Both the position numbers and the translations under genes were made by a program. A model generated the notes under the pieces. The model searched no databases. It was not told where the DNA came from and saw only the letters and a list, made by a program, of their open reading frames with translations. Shown one piece after another: positions 8,578 through 17,327 of a stretch of DNA of 32,000 bases. Position 1 is the first letter of the stretch; every line of letters begins with the position of its first letter. This DNA comes from Candidatus Thorarchaeota archaeon (GTDB lineage: Archaea; Asgardarchaeota; Heimdallarchaeia; Hodarchaeales; Hodarchaeaceae). The DNA lies in assembly GCA_048882505.1 (NCBI GenBank), contig JBHLRO010000002.1, positions 420,001 to 452,000 on the forward strand, given 5' to 3'.

Positions 8578-10569
8578 ATGGGTTCGGCAACTAAATCTCG
8601 AAATAAAGTGGAAGAAATCAAGAAGCTAGCCGATCAAATCCTTTTTCACAAAAAAAAGTACTATGACGGCGAACCTGTTATTTCTGATGAAGCTTATGAT
8701 TCACTTGAAGATAAACTTCGGAAACTTGATCCGACCAACCCCGTTCTGTTTATGGTGGGTAATAATGAAGCAGGAAAGGTGTTTCATGACCCCCCCATGC
8801 TTTCGAGCCAAAAAACAACGAGTATTGATGATGTCGTGAAATGGAGCGGGGGACGAGACCTCATGGTTGGAAATAAGATTGATGGAGTATCCTTATCATT
8901 AATCTATGAAAACGGTAGGCTTATCCAAGCGGCCACCCGTGGAAATGGTACCATGGGAGATGATACGACTATTGCAGCAATGAAAGTGACTGCCATCCCT
9001 AAATCGGTCCCTGAAATCACCCTTAGGCTCAATATCAGAGGGGAGCTATTTATGCGGCTCTCTGAATTCGCTCGTATTAAAAAAACGGAATCGGATCAGT
9101 ATAGCAGCCCGAGGAATCTAACAGCAGGGACCATAAAGCAAAAAGATCTTGGCTTACTGGATAAGCGAGTTCTTTCGTTTGGTGCGTTTGAACTCCTCGG
9201 ATTAAGGGATGAGGAAGCAACTCTGGAAGAGAAAGTTGATCTCTTGCTCGAATGGGGATTCGAAACCACCGAATTCAAACTGTTAAAGTCTCCCTCAAAA
9301 GAGTCTATCGAAGCCCTTTATCGGAACACGGTATCAGCACGAGGGAACCTTGATTTCGAAATAGACGGGTTAGTTCTAAAGTATAACGATGCCAAAGAAC
9401 GAGCCAACGCGGGCGCAACGGCTCATCATCCTCGATGGATGATGGCACTAAAATTCCGAAGTCAAGGAAAACTATCACAAGTTAACAGTATCACCTGGCA
9501 GGTTGGGAGATTAGGAACGATAACACCTGTGGCTGAATTGGAGCCAGTTGAAGTAATGGGAGCCGTTATCCAGAGAGCTACGCTACATAATGCTGATTTC
9601 CTAGAAAGCCTTGATGTTGCACCAGGAGATAGCGTCTGGGTTATCAGATCCGGCGATGTTATACCGAAAATCACTGAGGTGGTTGAAAAGGGCCCTAATA
9701 GCGTGTTACTGCCATCTCGATGCCCAAGCTGTGACTCAAAACTACGACGTGACGGTGTCAATTTGCTCTGCGCTAGCCCAATATGTCGCGACAGAGAAAT
9801 CCAACGAATCCGTCACTGGATTAAAATTACAGATATTAAAGGACTAGGCACCAAGAATGTTGCCAAATTGTATGACAACGAGCTGATAAGACATTTCGCA
9901 GACCTTTATGACAAAAACCTGACCGAGAGAAAACTGGTTTCATTATTAGGAAAAAACGGGTCCAAAATCTTCCAAAGTATTCAGGAGACTAAGAACATAC
10001 CCTTCCACCTGTTTCTTGCAGGTTTGGGCATTAAAACTTTAGGAAATCAGATGGCTAAAGTTCTCACAAAGCACTTTCCTACATACGAGGCCTTGAAAAA
10101 TGTAACTGCTGATCAGTTGATGGAAATAGAGGGGATTTCAGAGATCACCGCCAGGAAGATTCTTGAAGGGCTCCATGATCCCATGTTGGCTGATCACTTG
10201 CTTGAGAAGGGAGTAATGATTTCTGAAGGTCCGAAGATATCAAAGAGGGAGTCTCAATCCCCAACGCGACTAACGAATTTCTTTGAATCACAAGACAAGT
10301 CCCCAGAATACGAAATTCGATCTCAAGAACCAGAAAATTTAGAGGATTTACCCAAGGTTTATGTTACAGGTGCGATTCCTGGGATGACAAAGAAAGAAGT
10401 TCAAACTTTTCTAGAGCAACATAATTACGAATGGGCTGGAATATCAAAAAAACTAACGCTTCTCATCGTTGGGGAAAAACCAGGCAAGAATAAGCTAGAA
10501 AAAGCACAAAAATATGGTATACCTCAAAAATCCTGGGAAGATTTCATGAAAGAACTTCGCCAGCGATAA
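8578..10569 (+). CDS. ligA: NAD+-dependent DNA ligase
   Basis: Domain Ia YYDGEPVISDEAYD (NAD+ specificity), adenylation motif KIDG, ATRGNG, RGE, PRN, IDGLVLK, TWQVGRLG, ATLHN, RSGDVIP, Zn finger CPSC...CASPIC, HhH motifs and C-terminal BRCT (VYVTG...KLEKAQKYGIP). ATG 8578 preferred over GTG 8548. Confidence 0.97.
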   Translation: MGSATKSRNKVEEIKKLADQILFHKKKYYDGEPVISDEAYDSLEDKLRKLDPTNPVLFMVGNNEAGKVFHDPPMLSSQKTTSIDDVVKWSGGRDLMVGNKIDGVSLSLIYENGRLIQAATRGNGTMGDDTTIAAMKVTAIPKSVPEITLRLNIRGELFMRLSEFARIKKTESDQYSSPRNLTAGTIKQKDLGLLDKRVLSFGAFELLGLRDEEATLEEKVDLLLEWGFETTEFKLLKSPSKESIEALYRNTVSARGNLDFEIDGLVLKYNDAKERANAGATAHHPRWMMALKFRSQGKLSQVNSITWQVGRLGTITPVAELEPVEVMGAVIQRATLHNADFLESLDVAPGDSVWVIRSGDVIPKITEVVEKGPNSVLLPSRCPSCDSKLRRDGVNLLCASPICRDREIQRIRHWIKITDIKGLGTKNVAKLYDNELIRHFADLYDKNLTERKLVSLLGKNGSKIFQSIQETKNIPFHLFLAGLGIKTLGNQMAKVLTKHFPTYEALKNVTADQLMEIEGISEITARKILEGLHDPMLADHLLEKGVMISEGPKISKRESQSPTRLTNFFESQDKSPEYEIRSQEPENLEDLPKVYVTGAIPGMTKKEVQTFLEQHNYEWAGISKKLTLLIVGEKPGKNKLEKAQKYGIPQKSWEDFMKELRQR

Positions 10570-10792
10570 GAATCTTTGTTCTCAATCCTGGAAGCTCTTT
10601 TATGTACTTGAAATTGAGTTTATGATTATAGTTGTATACATATCTTATATTTTCAACTTTATTCAGAGAATGATAGACCAATGGGTCATTATAAGATCCA
10701 ACCTTATGACTTATAGCATCTTTTCTCTCCAAAGCTTCCTTTTGAACAGTTTCATTACTTAAATCGTTACCTTTATTATGAACAGAAATCAT
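10544..10792 (-). CDS. Short AT-rich hypothetical ORF (82 aa), possibly a gene remnant
   Basis: ATG-started ORF fills the otherwise empty gap between ligA and the 753-aa gene and overlaps the ligA 3' end by 26 nt. No motif. Confidence 0.3.
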   Translation of the reverse strand: MISVHNKGNDLSNETVQKEALERKDAISHKVGSYNDPLVYHSLNKVENIRYVYNYNHKLNFKYIKELPGLRTKILIAGEVLS

Positions 10793-10838
10793 CTGATGAC
10801 AAGATTATTCGGTTTCACTGTAAGGAATTGATTCTCCG

Positions 10839-13100
10839 ATGTCTTATGAGTATTATGGCGAAGAAGAAGATAGGCGTACTTGGAAGGCCATGCCACTCCT
10901 GCAGGCGCTTCTCGTATCTATTCTCATCCCTGTTGTTTTGGCAGTTGTTTTTACATTTGCTGGAGCGGCAACCAATCCACTCTTACTACAAATTGAACTA
11001 ATTCTGGTCGCTATCGCGTTTTGTTCGATGGGAATTCTCACACGTTCCAAACTACGTGGCTTCCTTAACATTATAACGGCCCCTATCTCTTGGGGAATCC
11101 TTTATCTAGCAGACACGCTCACTGGCGGCTTTATTGCCAATCCATATGGGCTAATTTCAGGACTTGCAGAACCCTTGGCAGCAATCGCGCAAAGTCCTTA
11201 TTTCAGTGATTTAGCTGCTTACATGGGTATAATAACTCAGATCGCAATTATCGTTGACCTGATCATTATAGAACTTTTTGCCTTCTTTTTGGGATATTTC
11301 CTTGCGATGTTGGCAACAGGCTTATGGAAGAAGGACGGGAGTTTCGCAGTTATTTCTATCCCCTTTAAACTAATTGCCGCGGCCTTTGTTATTGGGATTC
11401 TTGCAATAGTCCCCTTTGCGTACCATGGTATTGGAACCCTTGCTGATGGTGGAATATCATTAGGTGCGGGGGCGACCGAATTCATAGGTATGTTTGGGGC
11501 CGATCTCGCAGGCGGAGGATCACAAGCTGGGCTCCCTTTGGATTTAAACAATGCGACGGTTCTGGCTGAACTTAGCGCCGCAGCGGCACGAGCAGAAGCC
11601 TGGTTTCGAAGATCCAGTATCTCTTTCAGGCATGCCCAAGAGAATATCTTGATCCAAGCTGCGCTCAACGCCCTCTTTCCCGAAGGTTCTAACCTTCAGG
11701 GGCTCAATATGCGTGAAATCACCTCAATACTTTCGATCTCCGACATTCTCGTAGATATTTCTAGCGAACTACCTGCTCTCTTAGCAGGGTACCAGAACTT
11801 TGCTAACGGATTCGACATAACCTTTTCCATCCTTGGCCAAACCAGTATTGGAGGAGGCCAAGGGGGTTCAATTGAGACAGCTCTTGCGATTTATGACCCA
11901 TATTTTGTGGTCGGACTCAATAACATGTCAGCCGCGCTCGAAAATTTTACCGATGCCCAAGATGGGATTTTAGATGCAATCGCTGGAGCCAGTGAAATTA
12001 TCAATAAAATTATCGTTGACCAAACTAGTGATTTCGCAGTAATTACGGATATTATAGACGAAATGCAGGCATTTTTCCCAGTTCTTCTCGACGTAGCTCG
12101 TGGTGGAGTCTTCTTTTTGAATGGTACATATAAGACTGCATTATCGATAGAAGATATAGGTGGAAACGATTTTGATGGGGCAAGCACATGGTTAGGTAGT
12201 GCAGCTCAAGATCTAGGCAGTGCGAATTCAACTCTACAGAATGTGAATACTTCTGGTCTTAATCCCGATTCTCCTCTACCGTTTTGGGGTACGGTGGAGA
12301 TTATCAGAGATCTTGTGAATTTGCTAGGATGGTTTACTCGCGCTGCTGCCAATACCACTGAATGCTATACGCGGATCGATGATGTACTTATAAGCTTGAA
12401 TGACCTGGATTTCCAGGGCACCTCGGTTCTCGCTACCAACTGGGATAATCTTTCAGCAAATGTGTCAGCAGCTAATACCATTTTTGACGCAGCTCAGTTT
12501 AACATTGGCCAAGCTACCAGCCTCAGCAACCAATTAAGCAGTAAGAGCTATGGACCCATTATAGATGGAAGCCTCGGTTCTGCAATTACCGACTTTTCGA
12601 CCATGATGATGCAGTTTACCCAAAATATCACGGAAGTGGATTATCTCTTGGATGCATTGGAAGCTACCGTATTCGCCATCCAATCATTCACAGAAGGATT
12701 TGCCTTGTTTAACAGCACCTTTAGTTATGCGAGTAACAACTCTGCGGACGGACCTACCTTCATATCACTTCTCACTGGGAACACAACGTGGAACCAAACA
12801 AAGGATAAGTTTGGGTACAGCATCGCCAACGCCTCCCTAGGATGGATTGCTATTGACACGACCACCGTCATAGCCGGGAGTGTTCGGACATCGTGGAAAA
12901 ACATGCTTTACACCCCGTCTTGGCCGATTACTCCTCCTACTGAACCCTCAATTGCTGGGCTCTCTCAAACAATTTTGGACCTAATGGCCGCAATAGAATT
13001 GCTTGCTAATTATGCCATTAAAGAAGATAAAGCCGGATTGGTCAAGACTGCTTTCGAGAATATGGAAAACAATGATCTATCGACGATTTTCGGCGGTTGA
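10839..13100 (+). CDS. Large membrane-anchored protein: 5-6 N-terminal TM helices plus a long, probably extracellular, helical-repeat domain
   Basis: 753 aa. Hydrophobic helices within aa 18-200, then amphipathic helical repeats with about 15 N-x-S/T sequons. Confidence 0.88.
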   Translation: MSYEYYGEEEDRRTWKAMPLLQALLVSILIPVVLAVVFTFAGAATNPLLLQIELILVAIAFCSMGILTRSKLRGFLNIITAPISWGILYLADTLTGGFIANPYGLISGLAEPLAAIAQSPYFSDLAAYMGIITQIAIIVDLIIIELFAFFLGYFLAMLATGLWKKDGSFAVISIPFKLIAAAFVIGILAIVPFAYHGIGTLADGGISLGAGATEFIGMFGADLAGGGSQAGLPLDLNNATVLAELSAAAARAEAWFRRSSISFRHAQENILIQAALNALFPEGSNLQGLNMREITSILSISDILVDISSELPALLAGYQNFANGFDITFSILGQTSIGGGQGGSIETALAIYDPYFVVGLNNMSAALENFTDAQDGILDAIAGASEIINKIIVDQTSDFAVITDIIDEMQAFFPVLLDVARGGVFFLNGTYKTALSIEDIGGNDFDGASTWLGSAAQDLGSANSTLQNVNTSGLNPDSPLPFWGTVEIIRDLVNLLGWFTRAAANTTECYTRIDDVLISLNDLDFQGTSVLATNWDNLSANVSAANTIFDAAQFNIGQATSLSNQLSSKSYGPIIDGSLGSAITDFSTMMMQFTQNITEVDYLLDALEATVFAIQSFTEGFALFNSTFSYASNNSADGPTFISLLTGNTTWNQTKDKFGYSIANASLGWIAIDTTTVIAGSVRTSWKNMLYTPSWPITPPTEPSIAGLSQTILDLMAAIELLANYAIKEDKAGLVKTAFENMENNDLSTIFGG

Positions 13101-13126
13101 TAGGCCTAAGCCGTTCCCCTTCCTCC

Positions 13127-13134
13127 TTTTTTTT
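13127..13134 (+). terminator. Oligo-T tract (archaeal-type terminator) after the 753-aa gene
   Basis: T8 preceded by a pyrimidine-rich run, about 27 nt after the stop codon, in a convergent intergenic region. Confidence 0.5.
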
Positions 13135-13291
13135 AATAATTCTTGAATTTCGATGGCACTCACTTTAAATACAGTGATTCTGTCTTCTTTCCCCGTTATG
13201 ATTCATTTTCTTCAAGTTTCAGAATCAGATAGGCCAAAATCAAGGTGGAAATAAACATTGGAGAAACAACAGATACACATTGCACAATCTT

Positions 13292-14263
13292 TTAGAATTC
13301 ATCAGGGTCCTGGAGCCAGCGTTCTGCGTCAAGTGCCGCCTGACATCCCTGTCCCGCAGCTGTAATCGCCTGACGATATCGAAAGTCAACTACATCGCCT
13401 GCAGCGAAAACGCCAGGAATGGAAGTCATTGTATGTTTCTTCTGAACAATGTACCCATTAAAGAGTTCAATATTTTCCTTAAATAGCTGAGTTTGGGGAA
13501 TGTGACCGATGGCAATTAGCAAACCCCCTAGAGCGAGCTCTGACTCGGCCTGGGTCTCATTGTTATAGATTTTGATACCTGTAAGTTTCTGATCGCCCAA
13601 AATTTCTACTACTTTAGTATTATAGATAAAATCAATTTTCTTTTCACTATAAGCCCGTTTTTGAAGAGATCTGTTGGCGCGCATTTTCTCTTTTGGCCCC
13701 CGGTATATCATCCGGACACTAGTGGCGTATTTTGCTAGAAAAAGGGCTTCCTCGAAAGCGGTATCGCCAGCGCCTACTACGGCGGCGTCTACATCTTTGA
13801 AAAAGGGGGCATCGCAGGTTCCACAATAAGAAACTCCTCGTCCACTCAATTCTTGTTCACTTTTGAGGCCCAACCTTTTGGGTGTCGCCCCTGTTGCTAT
13901 AATAATTGCTTTGGCCGTGAGCTGCTGCTGTCCTGTTGAGATAGAAAAGGGGTATTGATCAAGGTTAACGTCTAATACATCTTCCTCAACAAATGTTGTA
14001 CCTAATCGCTCTGCTTGCTGTCGCATACTCGTGATCAAATCGGGACCTTGAATCTGTTCTGGAAATCCTGGATAATTCTCAACTTCCGTTGTAGTCATCA
14101 GTTGTCCACCTGCTTCCACCCCCGCTACGACCAGGGGATTTAATTGCGCTCGAGCCGCGTAAATGGCAGCAGTTAACCCTGCGGGGCCACTACCAATGAT
14201 AATAATTTCTTGATTCGGATCGACTTCCTTGGATGGACTAGGCCTATGTAGATATAGTTGCAT
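13292..14263 (-). CDS. trxB: Thioredoxin-disulfide reductase
   Basis: IIIGSGPAGLTAAIY FAD motif, GGQLMTTTEVENYPGF, redox CxxC (GRGVSYCGTCDAPFF), VVGAGDTA, TSIPGVFAAGDV and QAITAAGQG. ATG 14263 preferred over TTG 14290. Confidence 0.96.
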   Translation of the reverse strand: MQLYLHRPSPSKEVDPNQEIIIIGSGPAGLTAAIYAARAQLNPLVVAGVEAGGQLMTTTEVENYPGFPEQIQGPDLITSMRQQAERLGTTFVEEDVLDVNLDQYPFSISTGQQQLTAKAIIIATGATPKRLGLKSEQELSGRGVSYCGTCDAPFFKDVDAAVVGAGDTAFEEALFLAKYATSVRMIYRGPKEKMRANRSLQKRAYSEKKIDFIYNTKVVEILGDQKLTGIKIYNNETQAESELALGGLLIAIGHIPQTQLFKENIELFNGYIVQKKHTMTSIPGVFAAGDVVDFRYRQAITAAGQGCQAALDAERWLQDPDEF

Positions 14264-14423
14264 ACCTGTACCCTCTGTTAAAAGGCTCAAATAGATAAAA
14301 CCGTGTAATTTTCTACTGTTTTTCTGGTTTTATATCGTAATCGGTCTTTTGTATTTCCTTCTTAAAGAAACTGATTATTCTTATCTAAGCACTCAATTGC
14401 CTCAATTTAAGAGGTATCTGCCA

Positions 14424-15749
14424 ATGATCTATGGTGTAAATCCAAACTGGCGGAAAAACTGCACCCAAGATGTTACAAGCTCCAATGACGGAGCAAAAGT
14501 TCTCATCAGCGGATGGGTTCAACAAATAAGGGATAAGGGCAGTCTGGTCTTCCTAACGATTCGAGATGCCAAGGGAATCTGTCAGGTAACGCTTCACAAG
14601 AAAAAAGCCACAGCTCAGGTCTGGGAAAAATGCCAAACCCTGACACTGGAATCTGTTGTTTCTATTGAAGGTCAGGTTAAAAGAGATCCGCGGTCCCGAC
14701 TTGGGGCTGAGCTAATTCCCTCCAATATTTTGATTCACTCTCTGGCATCGCATAAATTCCCGATTGATCTGACTAAGAAAAAGACAAAGATGGATCTGGA
14801 TACCATTTTTCGGTACAGGGAGCTGTCCATACGTGATCCCGATGTCATAGCTGTAATGGAAATGAAACATCTGATTGCTCAGGTTACACGAAAATTTTTT
14901 ACAGAAAAGGGATTTGTTGAGATCTTCACTCCCTTGATCCTAGCTACATCCACCGAGGGAGGAGCTGAGCAGTTTACTTTAGACTATTATGGGGTTCCAG
15001 CTGTCCTCGCTCAATCATGTCAATTTTACAAACAAGCGGCTCTCGCCTGTCATGAGAAGGTTTTTGGGATAATTCCATCCTGGCGAGCAGAAAAATTTCA
15101 TACTCCGAGACACTTGGCTGAATTCTGGCAGGTAGAAAATGAAATTGCGTTTGCCACCGATGCTGAGATTATGAATGTTCAAGAAGATTATATTGTTTCA
15201 GTATTAGAATACGTTGTGTCCCACGGTGCCCCCCAATTAGAGAGATTGGGGCGAGAAATTTCTATTCCCTCAAAACCGTTCAAACGCGTTCCTTTCGCGA
15301 AAGCAAAGGGGATGCTCACCGAATTAGGAGTGGAAGAAGAACCAGATGAAGATTTTGGAGCCCCTGGTGAACTGGCCCTGTCAAAGGTTTTCAAAGACCC
15401 ATTTTTCATTATCGACTTCCCTACTAGAATACGTGGCTTGTATTATGCCCGCAATCCAACCAATCCAAATATCACGCGATCTATTGATCTCATTGCCCCT
15501 GAAGGGTTTGGCGAGCTTTCCAGCGGTGGGCAACGTGTTTCTAATCCTGAAACACTCAGAAATCGAATATCCCAAAAAGGGTTTAATGAGGCCGACTTTG
15601 CTTGGTATCTACGGATGTTTGAATTTGGGATGCCCCCCCACGCGGGATTTGGTCTAGGTTTCGAACGTCTTGTTCGCTGGATAACGAATGTTTCGCATAT
15701 CAGGGAAACTTCGATGTTTCCGCGAACCCCAGAATTGTATCAGCCATGA
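14424..15749 (+). CDS. Class IIb aspartyl/asparaginyl-tRNA synthetase (AspS/AsnS family; substrate residues favour Asp)
   Basis: N-terminal OB anticodon domain (GWVQQIRDKG...IRDAKG), motif 1 FVEIFTP...STEGGAE, LAQSCQFYKQ, motif 2 WRAEKFHTPRHLAEF, motif 3 GMPPHAGFGLGFERL. ATG 14424 preceded by GAGGT. Confidence 0.9.
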   Translation: MIYGVNPNWRKNCTQDVTSSNDGAKVLISGWVQQIRDKGSLVFLTIRDAKGICQVTLHKKKATAQVWEKCQTLTLESVVSIEGQVKRDPRSRLGAELIPSNILIHSLASHKFPIDLTKKKTKMDLDTIFRYRELSIRDPDVIAVMEMKHLIAQVTRKFFTEKGFVEIFTPLILATSTEGGAEQFTLDYYGVPAVLAQSCQFYKQAALACHEKVFGIIPSWRAEKFHTPRHLAEFWQVENEIAFATDAEIMNVQEDYIVSVLEYVVSHGAPQLERLGREISIPSKPFKRVPFAKAKGMLTELGVEEEPDEDFGAPGELALSKVFKDPFFIIDFPTRIRGLYYARNPTNPNITRSIDLIAPEGFGELSSGGQRVSNPETLRNRISQKGFNEADFAWYLRMFEFGMPPHAGFGLGFERLVRWITNVSHIRETSMFPRTPELYQP

Positions 15750-15766
15750 TAGCTGCGATTGCTTCT

Positions 15767-16555
15767 CTAAATTCCTCTAAAAAGTTGAAAATGCAGTCTT
15801 AATATAAACATCCACGCCCAGAAGGGGAAAAGGGGGTGAACCGGATAGTTATTACGGAACTTAAGAAATTCACCTATACACACATCCTCTGCTTTGTAAG
15901 CTTTAACAATTTGTAGAGGTGTAAAGTACATTGCATTATGGTAATTTCTCCATGTAAATAGGCTCCATTTAACGGCTTCCATTGAGAATTTGATGATTTG
16001 AGGATGAATGAGAGATAAGGCGAGGGCTCCTGTTGCTAGGAGCCATGTCATAAAAAAAGATTTTGTGATATCCCACTTTGTTAACGTTGGAAGCTTCGAC
16101 CAATTAGCAAACACGTTTTTCCCCCAAACGATTCGATGTTGGCGTAACAACGACATCCAAACTGAATTTTGGGGCGCTAATACGGCGCTCAAGATCCGGT
16201 TGACATTAAACACTTTAGAAAATCTTCTTTGCTCAAAATCAATTAGTCTACAGACAAAACAATTCGCGAACATCCCAGTCGATGACTGTAAACTTCGTAT
16301 AAGATTGATATCATACTCCTGATCAATAAGCAGCGCCCTTTCAATTTTAAAGACAGATTCTTTGATAATTTTTAGTTTTTCGTCAGAACAGTGATCATGC
16401 ATGACAATAAGCAGGTCAACGTCAGTCGACCGAGAATCTTTACTTGGAAAAGAAACCGACCCGAATAGGATTACTGCTATGAGATCATGATGATGGTGGG
16501 TTTCTAAATAATCTATTACTGATTCGATATACCGACGGGTATGTGTGCGATTCAT
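15767..16555 (-). CDS. Pol-beta-superfamily nucleotidyltransferase-domain protein with C-terminal helical domain
   Basis: hhhFGS...DxD signature (AVILFGSV...STDVDLLIV) in the N-terminal 55 aa. 262 aa in total, much longer than a minimal NTase. Confidence 0.85.
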   Translation of the reverse strand: MNRTHTRRYIESVIDYLETHHHHDLIAVILFGSVSFPSKDSRSTDVDLLIVMHDHCSDEKLKIIKESVFKIERALLIDQEYDINLIRSLQSSTGMFANCFVCRLIDFEQRRFSKVFNVNRILSAVLAPQNSVWMSLLRQHRIVWGKNVFANWSKLPTLTKWDITKSFFMTWLLATGALALSLIHPQIIKFSMEAVKWSLFTWRNYHNAMYFTPLQIVKAYKAEDVCIGEFLKFRNNYPVHPLFPFWAWMFILRLHFQLFRGI

Positions 16556-16652
16556 AAAAACACAGGATTTTATGATGAAAGGATGTTAATTGTTGACAGT
16601 ACCCAATAAAACTTAAGTAGTGCGGATCACCGAATCCCTGGTGGCGATCTTA

Positions 16653-17318
16653 ATGATTGAATATGAGTCTCTCAAATTTCGCTGGCTTGGCCACGATGGC
16701 TTTATTATCTCGAATGAAGCAGGAACCCGCGTCGCTATTGATCCATTTCAGATAGAAGGGGATTTCGACCCTGTGGATGTCCTTATCAGTACACACGAGC
16801 ATTTTGACCATTGCCATCCCGATAGCATGAAAAAACTGGTTTCTCCAAACACCGAAGTGATAGGCATTCCAATGGCAAAGAAGACATTGGAGACCCTAAA
16901 TTGCAAAAAGCTCCATTATGTTGCCCCTGGAGATACCTTAACCGTAGGAAACCTTAATTTCGAGTTTGTTGCTTCCTATAATGTAAACAAATACCGAGAT
17001 CCTGATAAAGGTATCCATTTTCATCCCAAAGCAGACAAGAAGATTGGAGTAGTAATGGAAATGGATGGACACAGGGTTTATCATGCAGGGGACAGCGATC
17101 ATATCCCCGAAATGGCCGATATCAAGACAGATGTTGCCCTATTACCTGTGAGCGGTACTTATGTTATGACGGCCGATGAGGCCATTGAAGCAGCGAAGAC
17201 TCTCAACCCGAAGCTGGTTATTCCAATGCACTTTGGTACCATTGTTGGAGAGAGAAATATGGCGGAGAAATTCGCCAAGAGCGCTACCTGTGAGGTCAAA
17301 ATCCCCGAACTAGAATAA
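16653..17318 (+). CDS. Metallo-beta-lactamase-fold hydrolase (UPF0173/UlaG-like)
   Basis: WLGHDGF, IDPF, THEHFDH metal motif, YHAGD and IPMHFGT. ATG 16653 preferred over GTG 16620. Confidence 0.9.
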   Translation: MIEYESLKFRWLGHDGFIISNEAGTRVAIDPFQIEGDFDPVDVLISTHEHFDHCHPDSMKKLVSPNTEVIGIPMAKKTLETLNCKKLHYVAPGDTLTVGNLNFEFVASYNVNKYRDPDKGIHFHPKADKKIGVVMEMDGHRVYHAGDSDHIPEMADIKTDVALLPVSGTYVMTADEAIEAAKTLNPKLVIPMHFGTIVGERNMAEKFAKSATCEVKIPELE

Positions 17319-17327
17319 TCGGAATTA

